Below are positions 52,301-64,000 of a stretch of 64,000 bases of DNA, one piece after another. Position 1 is the first letter of the stretch, and every line of letters begins with the position of its first letter. The stretch spans positions 18,354,001 to 18,418,000 of the forward strand of contig CM052832.1 of NCBI GenBank assembly GCA_028534125.1, given 5' to 3'. The notes beneath the pieces were generated by a model, which was not told the DNA's origin, searched no databases, and worked only from the letters and a program-made list of their open reading frames with translations. Made by a program: the position numbers and the translations under genes. The DNA is from Lama glama. Lineage: Eukaryota.

Positions 52301-53162
52301 CCAACAACTTCAGGCTGAAAAGGAGACCAGTTAGGTGCAGTTCAAAAGTTCAAAAATAACAGATATGTTATTTTTTCCAGGCAAAAGAACAATCGCTAAG
52401 AGTCAGTAAGGCCTGGGGCCGACCTCTCTCAAGAGCCTCCCACCCCCATTGGCCTCCACCCCAGGTCTTAACATAAGGGGTGCGGTAGGGGTAGAACTCA
52501 GATCCCACACCCACTCCCACGCACCCCCACTCCCCAGCGCCAGGGGTTCTGAAGTGGAAACCCCACTTGGGTCGGTGCTTTTGCTCAGCCAAGTCTCCCA
52601 ACGCTCGGGGGCGCCCTGCTGTGGAAACACCAAGGGGGCGCTCCGGCCAAGGTCGCCCTTGGTGAGAAGAACTTCCTGTTTGGGGATGGTCGAGGGGTGA
52701 AAATCAACACAGCCGACCATAGGAACCAGAAAGCCGAGATCCGAGTCCGAGGACCCCTAGGTGTAGCTCCTCCTCAGTGAGAAACTAAGATTTACATCTA
52801 AAAGCGTCACGGTCAGAGGAGGGAGGGGGTGGTTCCTGTGCCACTTCTTAGGACAGAGACAGCGGGCGGGCAGGGGGCGGGGGTCAAGGTCTTGGGACGA
52901 GAGGCCCCATAACCCCGTCTGCACCACAGTGGCCCGCGTCCCCTCCGGGGAAAGCTAGGGGAGGGGACTGCACACGGGACTGAGCAGTCGTCAATATCTT
53001 AGCAAACTCCCAAGCGCTAAGAAAAGCTACTTTCGATTTTTCCTCCCCCGCCGCACCCGAATCTGGCCCGCATCCCCCGGACTCACGCCGCGGTCGCCCC
53101 TGCGTGGCCACTGTCCGCAGGAGGATCAGCAGGAGAAGCGCCGGCCGGGCTCGCGGGCCCAT
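46281..53162 (-). CDS. HFE: Hereditary hemochromatosis protein HFE (MHC class I-like), 355 aa; join(53162..53087, 49562..49299, 49057..48758, 47901..47626, 47493..47383, 46321..46281)
   Basis: All introns are GT-AG and phase 1. Exon sizes 76/264/300/276/111/41 sum to 1068 nt, in frame. Diagnostic peptides [20 protein letters not shown] (His63 equivalent), [10 protein letters not shown] (Cys282 equivalent) and GDYVLAERE*. Confidence 0.96.
47174..47248 (-). mobile_element. Truncated Vic-1-like SINE in HFE intron 5
   Basis: tttttttagtggaggtactggggatcg is the reverse complement of the SINE 3' end; internal catgctaag duplication. Confidence 0.65.
47383..47493 (-). CDS. HFE: HFE exon 5 (transmembrane)
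   Basis: cttttag|AGCCC … TCGA|gtgagt; [37 protein letters not shown]. Confidence 0.93.
47626..47901 (-). CDS. HFE: HFE exon 4 (alpha-3 Ig domain)
   Basis: cccgtccag|CACCT … TGGG|gtatgg; 276 nt; [11 protein letters not shown]…[15 protein letters not shown]. Confidence 0.95.
48758..49057 (-). CDS. HFE: HFE exon 3 (alpha-2), including the 24-nt 5' extension
   Basis: ccttggtttcag|TATCAAAG … CAAG|gtatgg; [20 protein letters not shown]…[10 protein letters not shown]. Confidence 0.9.
49176..49231 (+). mobile_element. Very short L1 3'-end insertion in HFE intron 2
   Basis: acacaacattgtaaactgactatacttc matches the end of the L1 at about 23600..23628; imperfect TSD AGATGcATCCtTGA 49162..49175 and AGATGaATCCcTGA 49232..49245. 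Confidence 0.7.
49299..49562 (-). CDS. HFE: HFE exon 2 (alpha-1)
   Basis: ctctccccag|GGTCACAC … AAGG|gtacgt; 264 nt. Confidence 0.95.
49952..50437. mobile_element. Tigger1-derived non-autonomous element (TcMar) in HFE intron 1
   Basis: TA then caggtagacctcgttttattgcgc at the left end and gcaatatctctgaggtctgccta at the right end match Tigger1 terminal inverted repeats. Confidence 0.8.
51333..51508. mobile_element. MER20-like hAT element in HFE intron 1
   Basis: cagggattcttaacc…agggacgctgctaaacgtcctacaacgcaca…aaatgtcaagattgctgaggttg resembles MER20. Confidence 0.7.
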
Positions 53163-53310
53163 TTCCCCGGCTCGGACCGCGCGTACTGGAGCGTTTCAGC
53201 CGCTTGGGTAGGGCAGGGAAACCGGGATGGCCCAAGAAGTCACCCTGGAGCCATTGCCGAGGCTGCGGGGATCCCAGATCAAATTTCCTGGCCAGTGAGA
53301 TCCTTTTCCG
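52590..53310 (-). promoter_or_regulatory. CpG-rich HFE promoter / exon 1 region
   Basis: Marked local CpG and GC enrichment around the HFE start codon; GC boxes at 52861..52883. Confidence 0.65.
53087..53162 (-). CDS. HFE: HFE coding exon 1 (signal peptide)
   Basis: [25 protein letters not shown] then C|gtgagt donor; 76 nt. Confidence 0.95.
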
Positions 53311-54237
53311 GGGCCACTGGTGAAAAGAAATGGGTTTCCTGCACTTGAACTCTCTTTCCTGCAGCCCAGAGTACCTGCTTATGAAACACTCGGTTACCCA
53401 GCTGTCTCTGGTTTTTAAATCCAGAGGATGTTGCTGATTGAAGTAAGCATATTGAATGATTTTTCTGATAGAAATATTTAAGATTTCAATATTGAGTAAC
53501 TTGAAAATTCAGATATGCATTATTTTCAAAGACTTTAAGTTCAATTCGCCAATCTTGTTTAATTTAGAAATATTTTTGCATAAAAACTTGGTTATATTCT
53601 TTGAACAGAATTAGTTACATCATAAGATTAACAGATTAGGTCCTACCTATGGAAACATCTTTCACAGTTTACATAATTAAATTGCATTTCACAAACTTAA
53701 CTGCACATTGGAATCACTTGGAGAATCAGAAAACCTTTTGATGCCCTGGGCTATAGCCCCCAGACACTCAGATTTAACTGCTGTGGGGTGCTACAAAGGC
53801 ACTGGGATTTCAATCACCTCCCCCCCACCCCCCAACACACACTATAAAGTTTCAGAACTATTGCCTTATCCATTTCAAAACGTTATTAAAATCTGATTTT
53901 CCTAATACCTTTTAACGCCTAATAAATCGAATAACTGATACCCTTTTAAGCACGTTAGCAAATTTTGGCCACCTAAGAAAAAAGTCTAACTTGGAAAGTA
54001 AGGTCCCTTAACTGTATGGGGTTATGAAACAGGATGGGGAAAATGTTGCTTTGTTGCTTTTATTTTTGGTGTCGCATCGAAGAGACCACTGATAAATCCA
54101 AGGTTGCAACGATTTACACCTATATTTTCTTCTAACAGTTTATAATTTTAGTTCTTACATTTATGTCTTTTCTCCATTTTGAGTTGATTTTTAGATATAG
54201 TGTGAGATAGAGGTCCAACTTCATTCTGTTTCGTGTG

Positions 54238-54690
54238 TGTAAAGGAAAAACAGCTTTCTCCTTCCTATGTAAGGAAAAACTCAGTTCTTCCATATTGTAT
54301 TTAATTTTTTTTTAATTTCTGCGAGTCTCCCTTACTACTCATACAAAACACTTTACTTCTGACACTTCCAGTAACCAAAAGTGTGGAGATTTCCCCCCAC
54401 AACAACAAGCAAATCTCTGACACAGCTGAGTGTCCTAGCATTTAACTCAATTATGACACTGTCTGCCTGGAGACAGGTTAAGCGCTCAGTCCCACAAGAC
54501 TGGCCTCCTCCCCGCTCCCATTTTAGATGTCAGTCACAAGCCCAGGTTATCACTTATGCTTCTGACAGATTGGCTATAGATGGGAGGTTTGACTCCCTTC
54601 CTGAGTTCAATTAATTTGCTAGAGTGCCTTCTAGAACTCAGGGAAACATGTTTACCAGATATTAAAAGATATGATAAAGGATACCTTCAG
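54238..54690. mobile_element. MER21-like LTR fragment inside old L1 sequence
   Basis: acttctgacac…tgagtgtcctagcatttaactcaattatgacact…cagtcccacaagactg…ttaatttgctagagtg motifs as I recall for MER21; boundaries approximate. Confidence 0.55.
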
Positions 54691-55791
54691 TATCTAAGGG
54701 ATACCTAAAGTACCTAAAAGATACAGAATTTTGGGTTGACAGTTATTTTCTTTCACACCTAAAAAATGGGTGTCAATTCCTTCTGGTCTCCATTTATTCA
54801 GATGAGGAATTCACTGTCACCTGAGTGGAAATATCAATAGTGAATAGTGGACAGTGATAGTTTCTTTCTGGCTGCTTTCAAGATTTTTTTTTTGTTTGTC
54901 TTTAGACAAACAAAATTGCCTTTCTAGAATTTTAATTATGAAGTGTTTGGCATGAGTTTCTTTGGTTATATTTTATTTGAGGTTTATTCACTTTATTTCC
55001 TTAACTACATTTTGAAAATCTGAGACATTATTTCTTCAAATACTCTTTCAGCTAGTTCTTTCCCATCTCCTGGGATTCTGATGATATCAATGCTAGGTTA
55101 TTTGTTTAGGTCTACTCAAAATAGCCAAAGTAAATATGCTCATTTATAGACCCAAAGATACAGGCTCTCTAAAACATAAAAATAAGAAGCAAAAGCATAT
55201 GAACTTAAAGTTAGGCTTAGAAGATGTTTCAATGAAATGATCTCAGTATCCATCTCATGATTATCTATTAATTCACTCAACTGAACATCAATGCAATGTT
55301 CTAAGTTACATAAAAACCTACTCTGGGTATCTCTGAGGAAAGCAGTTACTTCTCTCTTGTGCTTATCTGCTTTGCGTTGTCTGTCCAATCCTGTTTTTCC
55401 ATCAACCCTGTCAATTCTGGGGCTTTTTTTTTTTTTTTAAAGAATATGGGTTTTTTCAGGAATGTTCATACCATGCTATAACAGAAGCAACTGGATAGCT
55501 CATTGCTGATTACTCCGTTCTGGGAGACAAACAGGGAAAGGGGCTGGGAGGATTTCATTTTATGTACACAGATTTTCTTTAAAGCCCTATTTTCTGTTTT
55601 GTATTGCACTTTCATCTTCAGCAATGCCGGAGGCCTCTGAGTACAGGGTCCCTCTGATTCAATGTCACCAAAGGAAAAGTCTGTCCTTCAGCTGGGCTGG
55701 GCTCGAGCAACCACCTGGATGTTAATGTAGGGAGATAATCTGGGCATCAAAATTCTTCTTTGACAGATTTCTAACAAATCTGCCTGTTTTC

Positions 55792-55923
55792 TTTTTCTTT
55801 TTTAATAATTTTTTAACTTTCTTATTTTATTTATTTATTTTTTTAATGGAGATACTGGGGATTGAGCTCAGGACCTCATACACGCTAAGTATATGCTCTA
55901 CCACTGAACTGTACCCACCCCGC
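55792..55923 (-). mobile_element. Vic-1-like SINE with TSD, about 2.6 kb upstream of HFE
   Basis: Reverse-complement SINE body and T-rich tail; 17-bp TSD CAAATCTGC(C/A)TGTTTTC at 55775..55791 and 55924..55940. Confidence 0.82.
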
Positions 55924-58361
55924 CAAATCTGCATGTTTTCAATCCTGCTCCTAACCTTGACCTCAGAGGTACTTGATGTCTCAAAGACCTAAATCTGTCT
56001 AGGGTTGTCTGGCAGGGAATTTATTTGTTTCTTATGGGTTTTTTCCCCTAAAGGTGGTGGATACAGCTTTCTCTAGTCTGATGAGATGTTTAGCATTCAC
56101 CCATCTGCTGTCCAGTTTCTAAAATTCTGTTTACACCTCTATTGGGTTGTTGTTCCTTCTCACATTCTCTTCATCTTTGAGGGTTTCTGCCTTCTTTGTG
56201 AAATTCTTTACTGTCATTGGATGGGGTTTAGAGAAGGAGCAAAACTGACGTGTTCATTCAGCATACTTAACTGCAAGTTGGTTTCTTTAAGTTAAAAAAA
56301 TCATGAGATGTAATGGTGGTAAGAGTAAACTCTACTTGCTAGGAACCATGCTAAACTGGTTGCTGAAACTCGGCCTCTGTGCCCCACTTACTGAATTGAG
56401 ACTTGAGGGCAGAGTTCTGGATGAAGTAGAAAAGTCAGCTTTATTTCTTTGCCAGGCAAAGAAAATTACAGTGAGCTGATATCTCCGAGACAGTGAGCCT
56501 GCGGGGGAAAGGAGAAAGGGGGTTTTATACTAAGAACTGAAGAAAAGGTTTGGGTTTCCATAGAGATCACATACAGGATAACAACTTGTTGCAAAGTTGT
56601 CCATGTTTTTGTAGATGCAGTGGTCACCTTTCTTCTGCTGGGTATGATGTTCACCTCCCGCTTTGGAACTCTAATATCCTTGTGCCTAGAACAAAGATGC
56701 TTAGGAGAAGGGTCTGTGAAAAAACTAGAGAAAAACTTGTGAAGTTTAAAGTCAGGTTGATAAATGCTTCTGGCATTTTAGGCAGGCTGAGGCCTGAGAC
56801 CTCCTATGACCAATAAGAGTTGTAGGTAAAGATGTGAAGTTTCATAGCTTCTGGTTCTCTTGACAATTCCATTTCTTAGTGCAAATCTTATCTGTCTACC
56901 TGTGAGTCCGAAGACCTGGTTGCTTATTCCTGGTGTTTAACTGTACTATAACCTTACTCCAGCTTCTCCAAACCTCAAACTGCTCATCTGTCAAATGGGG
57001 AAAATAATTACTGATCGCCAAATCATACTCTATATGAATGACCTCTTAAAATTATTGATAGATATAGACACCCATAGGAGGTAATAATTACAGAACTGGC
57101 AGATTAAGAATAAACTGTATGTAATACCCTTTGGTTTACAATGTCACCTGTATGATATACCATGGTGTAAACGTCTATTTCATTTGGGAAGAGTTTGAGG
57201 CCAAAGCAATGACTACTTTTGTCAATTGTTACCATTCAGCTCTTTCAGGAATCTTAGAAACTTTAAGGGAGAAAATGTCCTCATTATTTAATATCTTCCA
57301 GTGGAAACTGCCCATCTATATACTTTTCATTACTGACGAGAAAAACAACAGAGTCTACCCTTGCTCACTTTAGTATAACCTGAGTTTTTATAAACTGCCC
57401 TATTTTATCTCATTTCTGATGAGTATATATGTGTGCTTTAAAGGCACATGAATCAATCTGCAAGGCAAAGTTCTAGTGCAAAGCCACTTAAATGCTCTTT
57501 TCAATTTTCTCAATTGTAAAGAGGTGATAACATCTATTTCATAAAGTATTATTTAGAATTAAATAAAAAAAATCAAAAATTGATAAATGATGCCCTCAGG
57601 ACAGTGCCTGGCATGTAATCAAGACTAAACCATGTTTATTATTATTACATATCCTAATATAATAATCTTATTATCAATGACATTTTTTAATCAGAGGATG
57701 TTGCTCCCTACCAGGTTACCGGTCAGTATCTTCTCACAGATTGCCTATATTGTGGTTATCTCACTATTAAAATGATAATAATTTAAAAAGATAAAATATA
57801 CGCAGTCTCTCTACATCCCTGGAGTTCTTATGCCAAATGTGTTATGCACATTTAATACACAATGGAAATGGCTTCTCCAAGCGACTGTTTCTACTCCTAT
57901 GATTTGGTTAAATTGGCCATTTCCTCCTTTGGTCTCTACACTGTACTGGTGGACGTAAAACATTTCTGTCCATCCTTTTCGTATGTCTTTTCCCCTTTAT
58001 TCTAAGCACTATGAGAGTAGTTATTTGTGGTTCTCTTGCTTAATAATTGTTTGGGAGAAATGAATAAATCAACCACGGGTTTCTTGTCCGTTTGACAATT
58101 TCTTTCTTTTTATAGATTATTGACTCCAAAAGTTGTGGTAGCCAGCCTCGTACCTGACTGCTTTGGGACCTTACTCCAGTCTCATAACTTCTCAATATTG
58201 TCACCATCAATTGTAAGTAATAATCATTTCTGCCCATTAAAACACTGTATACGAATGAATTTTGAAATCTCTGAGTAATATGTCAACCCAAAGTTAATGA
58301 TTGATGACTTAGCCAGGAAGCCAGGAGCATCAGCTGTCGGCCAAGCGTGGTTTTAATTTGG

Positions 58362-58379
58362 AACGCCATCTAGTGCCTA
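58362..58379 (-). promoter_or_regulatory. CTCF-like motif (reverse)
   Basis: Minus strand TAGGCACTAGATGGCGTT; good core with mismatches at the first C and the last core base. Confidence 0.5.
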
Positions 58380-58619
58380 TTGGTGCTAACCACATCCTAT
58401 ATTGTAAATGCCTTTGGGCAGGAAAGGGTTGAGACCAAAACAAATCCCATTTATTAAATTGATAATTGGATTTTTATACAACCTACACTTCAGTGCAATC
58501 TACTTCTTGGGGTTTTGTTTGGGGTATGTGTGTTACAATGAAGTCTCTGGATTGATCTTAAGCACGTTGTCAAGCCACAAACCCTTTAAATGACTTTATC
58601 CTTGTTAGCACATAGTGTT

Positions 58620-59010
58620 CAGTAAATTTATAATACATAATATTATATATAGCATTACATTTTCATAGATTTCATATACAAATCTATATGTAGCATATGT
58701 AGTAAATACAGTATATATATATACTATATATACTATAGAGAGATTTATATATAAATATATAGTACTAATATATTTTATACTATTATATATTTTATACATA
58801 ACTATAGTATATATAACATTATATAGTATACATTTTGTATGCAAATCTATAGTATGTAATGTAAATGAATATATTATATGCTATTTGTTAATTATAAATA
58901 AATATAATTAATTTTATATTTAATAAACATCATATAAACATAAATTATTAAATTTAATACTCAGTTTTAATTTCTAAAGTAGTAAATATCTATATATATA
59001 TGTAACTTAC
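58620..59010. repeat. AT-rich low-complexity / degenerate (TA)n tract
   Basis: Read directly. Confidence 0.85.
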
Positions 59011-61225
59011 CTTAACAAAACTTTTGGGGTGGGGGCTACTCATTTTCAGGAATGTGAAGGGATCCTGAAATCTAAAGTTTTGAGAACCACAGTTCTAGGC
59101 TCTTCTCTGATGTCTTAATTTCCCAACCAGATTGGTAAGGCCTTGAAGGCAAAGGTTTAATCAGCATATTAACATTTTAGGGTTTTGATCTTTTTGTTCT
59201 CTCAGTGGTCTGTTTTTCCTATCAGATTTATCACACTGTGTGACAATTACACTGTCTGTAGCTGTCCCACCATGTCTAATTCCTTAAGAGGAGACACTTT
59301 GCTTGGCTGGTCTTTGTTTTTCCTATCTCTCCTAGCATCCTTTGCTTAACAAGTGTTCAGTAAGTTTGTGAAAAGCTCATGTGTGGCATAGTAATGAGCA
59401 AGCAAATAAAATGCAATAATATGTCCTAACAAATCTATCAAAATTTATATGTCCCTGTTTCCTCCAAAGCAGTCATTGTGTAAGGGCATGTCTTTATTTT
59501 GGTTAAGGCTATTGCCTAATATATGTTTGCATCTTGTGCTTTATAATTGCCTTCCTTAGAGGCCTAAACTGAAAAGGTGTAAAGATGCGTATCTTCTCGC
59601 TATTGACAAATCCTTTTCTTTTGAGGGTACGTTTGACTTTTGAAACCATTTAAAGTCATTTGAAAACAAACCTGAAGAATAAAGTGGCTATTAATGCCCT
59701 CTTGTCTCACTTACATGGTTCTAATAGCAACTTCAAAATATTAGGTAGATATGTTTTGCACTGTATTATTCCTTTGGTGATACTCTCTATGTATTTATTG
59801 AGTCCTACCATGTGCTTTATTATTATGTTCTCTGTTGGTTTCCCTAGTGTATTTTGAGGGTAGGTCAGGGGATAAGAAACAGAAACTTTGGTCTCAGCCC
59901 TTCCCCACAGGCTCCTGGGGGAAACATGTTGGTTCAGGTCTGTTGTTTCATTGTCGACCATTTGCCTGTAGAGACTGAAAAAAAGACATAAAAGTTGCTC
60001 TGGATTATTTGTAAGAATGGTTTGTGAGGCTGAACAAAGAAGACTGGAGGGCCTACAATCTTATGCAGGCCACAGTTCTTTCCTGTGTATTTTTTTCAGG
60101 CTGTCCTATATCATCGGTCCTGGGTGCACTGAAGCACTACACTTTACGCTCCTTGAGCAGGCAAGCTCATGGATTGGCTGCTAATATTAGCCTCATCCCT
60201 TGGTGAGTCAGGAAAAAGCAAGTTTTAGCCACTTCCACTTGGGGCCTATAACAAGCAGACAGAACCCTTTTCTGGCATGGTAGAAGGAGGAAGTGAAAGA
60301 AAAATCAGTTGTCAGCCTCTGATCCATACACTTGTTCCAACCACTCTTCTCGCTGGCTATTTAAGTCTCTGTCTCTCTCCAGCTCCATTTGGACCTAATA
60401 CAGTGCTCTGCTTCTTTAACTTAGTCCACCAAATTTCCAAACCTGAAAGACATGAACCAAAGTTAGCCAACCCATAATATTCAGAGTGTGTGTAAATATA
60501 GGAGCACACCATTTATTGCATTGCAATATGTAATCCTGCCCTCAATTTATTGCTGGCTATCTTGGGCCCACCAATTATGAGTGAAAGACCACATCCTTAA
60601 TCTGAATTTTCCCTTGGAGCTCATTTGGAGCTCATTTTCATAGGTTTTTTTGTTGTTTACAGGCTTGTTCAATCATATTTGAAAGGCTGAGATTCCAAGG
60701 ACATCCATAGGCTCTAAGGTCATTTGAAAGCCAATGGTCAAAAAATTGCATATCCTCCAATGTTTTAGAATGGTTTCTAAAGATTCTGATTCAGAGCCTG
60801 TAGGGCAAACTGACTAACCAAGTGTCAAAGTATAATTTTCAAAACATGACTCTCATACAAGTACTGAGCATGGGGAACTTGCACACGGGTCAGAGAATGA
60901 CTAAAGTATTAATGAGCAAGCAAGGAGGATGACAAAATTAGGTCAAAGCAGGATACGGCGGAATGAAACATGTATTCAGTCAGGGCAGGAAAGAATGCTA
61001 GAAGGCTGAAAAAATCAGATACAAAGTTGGTTACTGTCCTATTAGGCGATACAATCAGAACTTTTAGGGGTTATCTTTGCTCCGGAAAAGAATTCATTTC
61101 CATCTCTACTGAACAAAACCCTTATTAATGTATCAGCCTTCTACAAGTGAACATCTGATTTTACATACTCTGAGCCTAATGAAAAAGTAAATATCAAGTC
61201 AAAGTTACTTTTGCTAAATATTTTT

Positions 61226-61555
61226 GTCCAGTATGTCAACTATTAACCACGTGGGGGTCACTGAGCACTTGTAATGTGGCTAGTGTGAAATTGTACAAGT
61301 GTAAAATATGCACCAGATTTTGAAGATTTACCATATGAAAAAAAGAACAGAAACCATCTTAGTTTTTAAAATACTGATTACATGTTGAAGTAATAGTAGT
61401 GTGGATTTACTGAGTCAAATAAAACATATTATTAAAATTAAATTCAAAAAAAAATTAAATTCATCTGTGTCTTTTTACTTTTTTCATTGTGACTACTAGA
61501 AAACAACATTACAGGTGTGACTCATGTTCTATTTTATTGTAAAGCATGCTCTTAG
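61226..61555. mobile_element. MER33/MER3-like hAT-Charlie relic
   Basis: tgtccagtatg…ctgagcacttgtaatgtggctagtgtg…agtgtaaaatatgcaccagattttgaagattta pattern. Confidence 0.6.
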
Positions 61556-63155
61556 CATATCCGATGACCCACAAGTGGACTTACAGAATTTTCTAGTACA
61601 CCTTGAAAAGATCTGAAGAAATAGCTGCTTTGTTTTTAACTTTTCTGAACACGAGTTATAAGGATCTGGAGAAGGGCTACTTGTTTTTCTGCCCTCTGGT
61701 CTCCACCATGTGTCCAGGAAGTTGGGAGCAAGACTTTGAATGCCTGGTGTCCTAACCACGAGAGATCTGGACTTCAGATTTGCATATAGAGAGATGTAAT
61801 TTGATTGACTTAAACTGAGAGATCATATCAGAAAACTGAATCACAGTAAATCAAATTTACACACTGCTGATTTGCAAAGAGGGACATCAATTTATAGTGA
61901 TGGGAGGTTCAGTGGCCTGGTAATCAAGACTCTAAACAACTATTTTCCTGGTGGTTATGCACACTTAGCATAGTTTCAGATGAAGAGCCAGGCTCACTGC
62001 ACATAGAATCAGAACTGAGTGGCCGGTACTTATTTTATCTTTTTTACCAAAATATATTAGTATGATGAAGGTACTTTAGTTGTTTGTACACTTTCAGTGA
62101 TTTCTTATAATTCCTATGCCAGAGTCACACTGACGGATGGCGGGCCAAAATGATTTTCTACGGTTGTTAATTCATCCATCACTAATCTCATTAGGCTGTT
62201 AAATTCCCAGAGGACATGACCAGTAGACACAGTTTCCACATGTTGAATGACTGTCATTCAGTGAAACCATGGTGTTATCCTCAGTCTAAAAGAAGATGCC
62301 TCATTTTTCATTCATCACTGAGCTCAATTTGTATAACCCCTTTTGACTATCACATCTCAGACTGACATCTTTTGTACATATTTTCATCTAGATGTAGTAG
62401 TAAAGAATAGAATACAAACGGCCAACTTTAGAAGGGTTGAGAAGAGGTGAGTTCATCAGCAAAAAGTGGCATAACGATTGATTTGTTCTAGTACTTTTCC
62501 TCTATTTCTGTTTAAAATTTTGCCATCTAATTGTTTCTATTTCAAATCTCTAGTTCATCTTAAAAGTCAAAGTGCATCTTGTTAAATTCAGTTACTTTAT
62601 TTCCATCTACAGCTTTGAGTTGCCAGTTAGAGTGTCCTTCTATACCATGACGTGTTAGATATTGTTACTGGAAGTAACCTACAATTTTCATGTGTTGAAA
62701 TTCATCTCTTTAATGCAGCTTAGAAAAATAAATAAATATATAAATGCTTGTTTTCTTTGAAAACAGATCATCTCAATGTCCCTCCCTGCCAGAACTATTG
62801 GAGGTTATTTGCAGGCTCAGGGGGCCTCCCTTCTTCCCTTATTATTCCTATTCTTGAGGGTCAGACCCCCTGCCTTGCATAACCCAGAGGGGAACCTGAG
62901 AGTTTTTAAAAAACAGCCCAATTTCTCGCCTTTGGAGAAGTGAAAAGGTGCCCCGCCCCCGTCTGTAAAAGAGGGATTTGATAAAGAGTTTCAATGTCTT
63001 CAAATCAAAGATTTAAGTCTCTAACCCCCCACCATCCAGGACCCCCCAAGGCTTACGAACCCCCTCCATCCCGCCCTAACTGCTTTGGACTGGCCCCAGA
63101 ATCCTTGTCCCAGTCCACAGTTCCTGTGGGTCTGTACACAGAATTCACAGAGGAC

Positions 63156-63603
63156 CTGTGTTACTTCCCTTGCGAAGAAACATAATTATAGTGAAAATCT
63201 AGGTGGAAACCATTTCGTTTTTGGTCCTAAAAGAAGGGAAGCATGTACCCAACCACCCCTGAGAAAAAGAAGTTTCAGGGGCAAAGGAGCGAACAGGTAA
63301 TTTAGAAGAAAAACAGAAAGTGGTCTCTGACTGCCCAGGACTTCCCTAGGAGTTGGGGGAATTGGGGACGCCTGGATGCGTAGTCTTTGTGGTTGCAGAA
63401 AAAATAAATGGAGAACACGAAGCCTGAGGCTTCTCGGATCCCTTCCCGACCAAATCCGGATGATTTGGTGCGGAGCATTTTAATATTTTCCCCCTTTTGT
63501 GAAGTGGAACAAACACAACTTGGGCGCACCGCGGCGGCTCAGTGTCTGCCAGGCAGCCGGGCGACTGGAGCACCAATCAGCGCGCGCCTGCGCTCTATAT
63601 ATA
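63156..63603 (+). promoter_or_regulatory. H1-2 promoter: TG box, palindrome, AC box, CCAAT, TATA
   Basis: TGTGTTA 63157..63163; GAAGCCTGAGGCTTC 63419..63433; AAACACA 63511..63517; CCAAT 63573..63577; TATATATA 63596..63603. Confidence 0.9.
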
Positions 63604-63672
63604 CGGCGGCCCGGCCCAAGCGCAGCTCCATCGGCGTTTTTGCCACTTGTACCCGAGTCCTAGATCTTCAAC

Positions 63673-64000
63673 ATGTCTGAGACTGCTCCTGCCGCTCCTG
63701 CTGCCGCGCCCCCTGCGGAGAAGACCCCAGTCAAGAAAAAGGCTGCCAAGAAACCAGCTGGGGCGCGCCGTAAGGCCTCCGGGCCCCCGGTGTCGGAGCT
63801 CATCACCAAGGCTGTCGCCGCTTCCAAGGAGCGCAGCGGGGTCTCCCTGGCTGCGCTCAAGAAGGCGCTGGCGGCCGCCGGCTATGATGTGGAGAAGAAC
63901 AATAGCCGCATCAAGTTGGGTCTTAAAAGCCTGGTGAGCAAGGGCACCCTGGTGCAGACTAAGGGCACCGGCGCCTCCGGCTCTTTTAAGCTCAACAAGA
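63673..64000 (+). CDS. H1-2: Linker histone H1.2 (H1c), 5' part (runs off the window)
   Basis: Translated by hand: [64 protein letters not shown]…[10 protein letters not shown]. Absent from the ORF track because there is no stop in the window; divergent from HFE as in human. Confidence 0.93.
   Translation, partial: MSETAPAAPAAAPPAEKTPVKKKAAKKPAGARRKASGPPVSELITKAVAASKERSGVSLAALKKALAAAGYDVEKNNSRIKLGLKSLVSKGTLVQTKGTGASGSFKLNK

Noticed and set aside
52600..52645. CTCF-like strings in HFE intron 1 (also ccgccagtggcg near 37000)
   Set aside because: Several core mismatches or wrong spacing.
46281..53162. Disease-type HFE changes at the His63 and Cys282 equivalents
   Set aside because: Both residues are wild type (YNHES, YTCQV).

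Overview
Mammalian genomic DNA, not prokaryotic. The SINE, L1 and Tigger content and the H1.2 N-terminus point to an artiodactyl, probably a camelid. The window is part of the major replication-dependent histone cluster (HIST1) around HFE. In order it holds H1-4 (+), H2BC5 (+, cut by an assembly gap), a divergent H2AC6 (-)/H2BC4 (+) pair, testis H1-6/H1t (+), H4C3 (-), the six coding exons of HFE (-, 355 aa) and H1-2 (+, runs off the end). Stem-loops, U7 downstream elements and histone promoter boxes are readable directly. The rest is mostly old interspersed repeats plus two 500-N gaps. I found no new protein-coding system. The best leads are regulatory and structural: (1) a fixed-spacing H1 promoter grammar, with a TG box 353-354 bp from the AC box and a 15-bp AP-2-like palindrome exactly 92 bp from it in both somatic H1 genes but decayed in H1t; (2) convergent CTCF motifs bracketing HFE; (3) an in-frame, stop-free HFE intron 4; (4) a probable decayed H2A relic head-to-head with H2BC5; (5) post-stop splice donors in H2BC4 and H2AC6; (6) an H1-4/H2BC5 block inverted relative to human synteny, next to a gap. 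Human and mouse comparisons and repeat-family names are from memory and need alignment checks.
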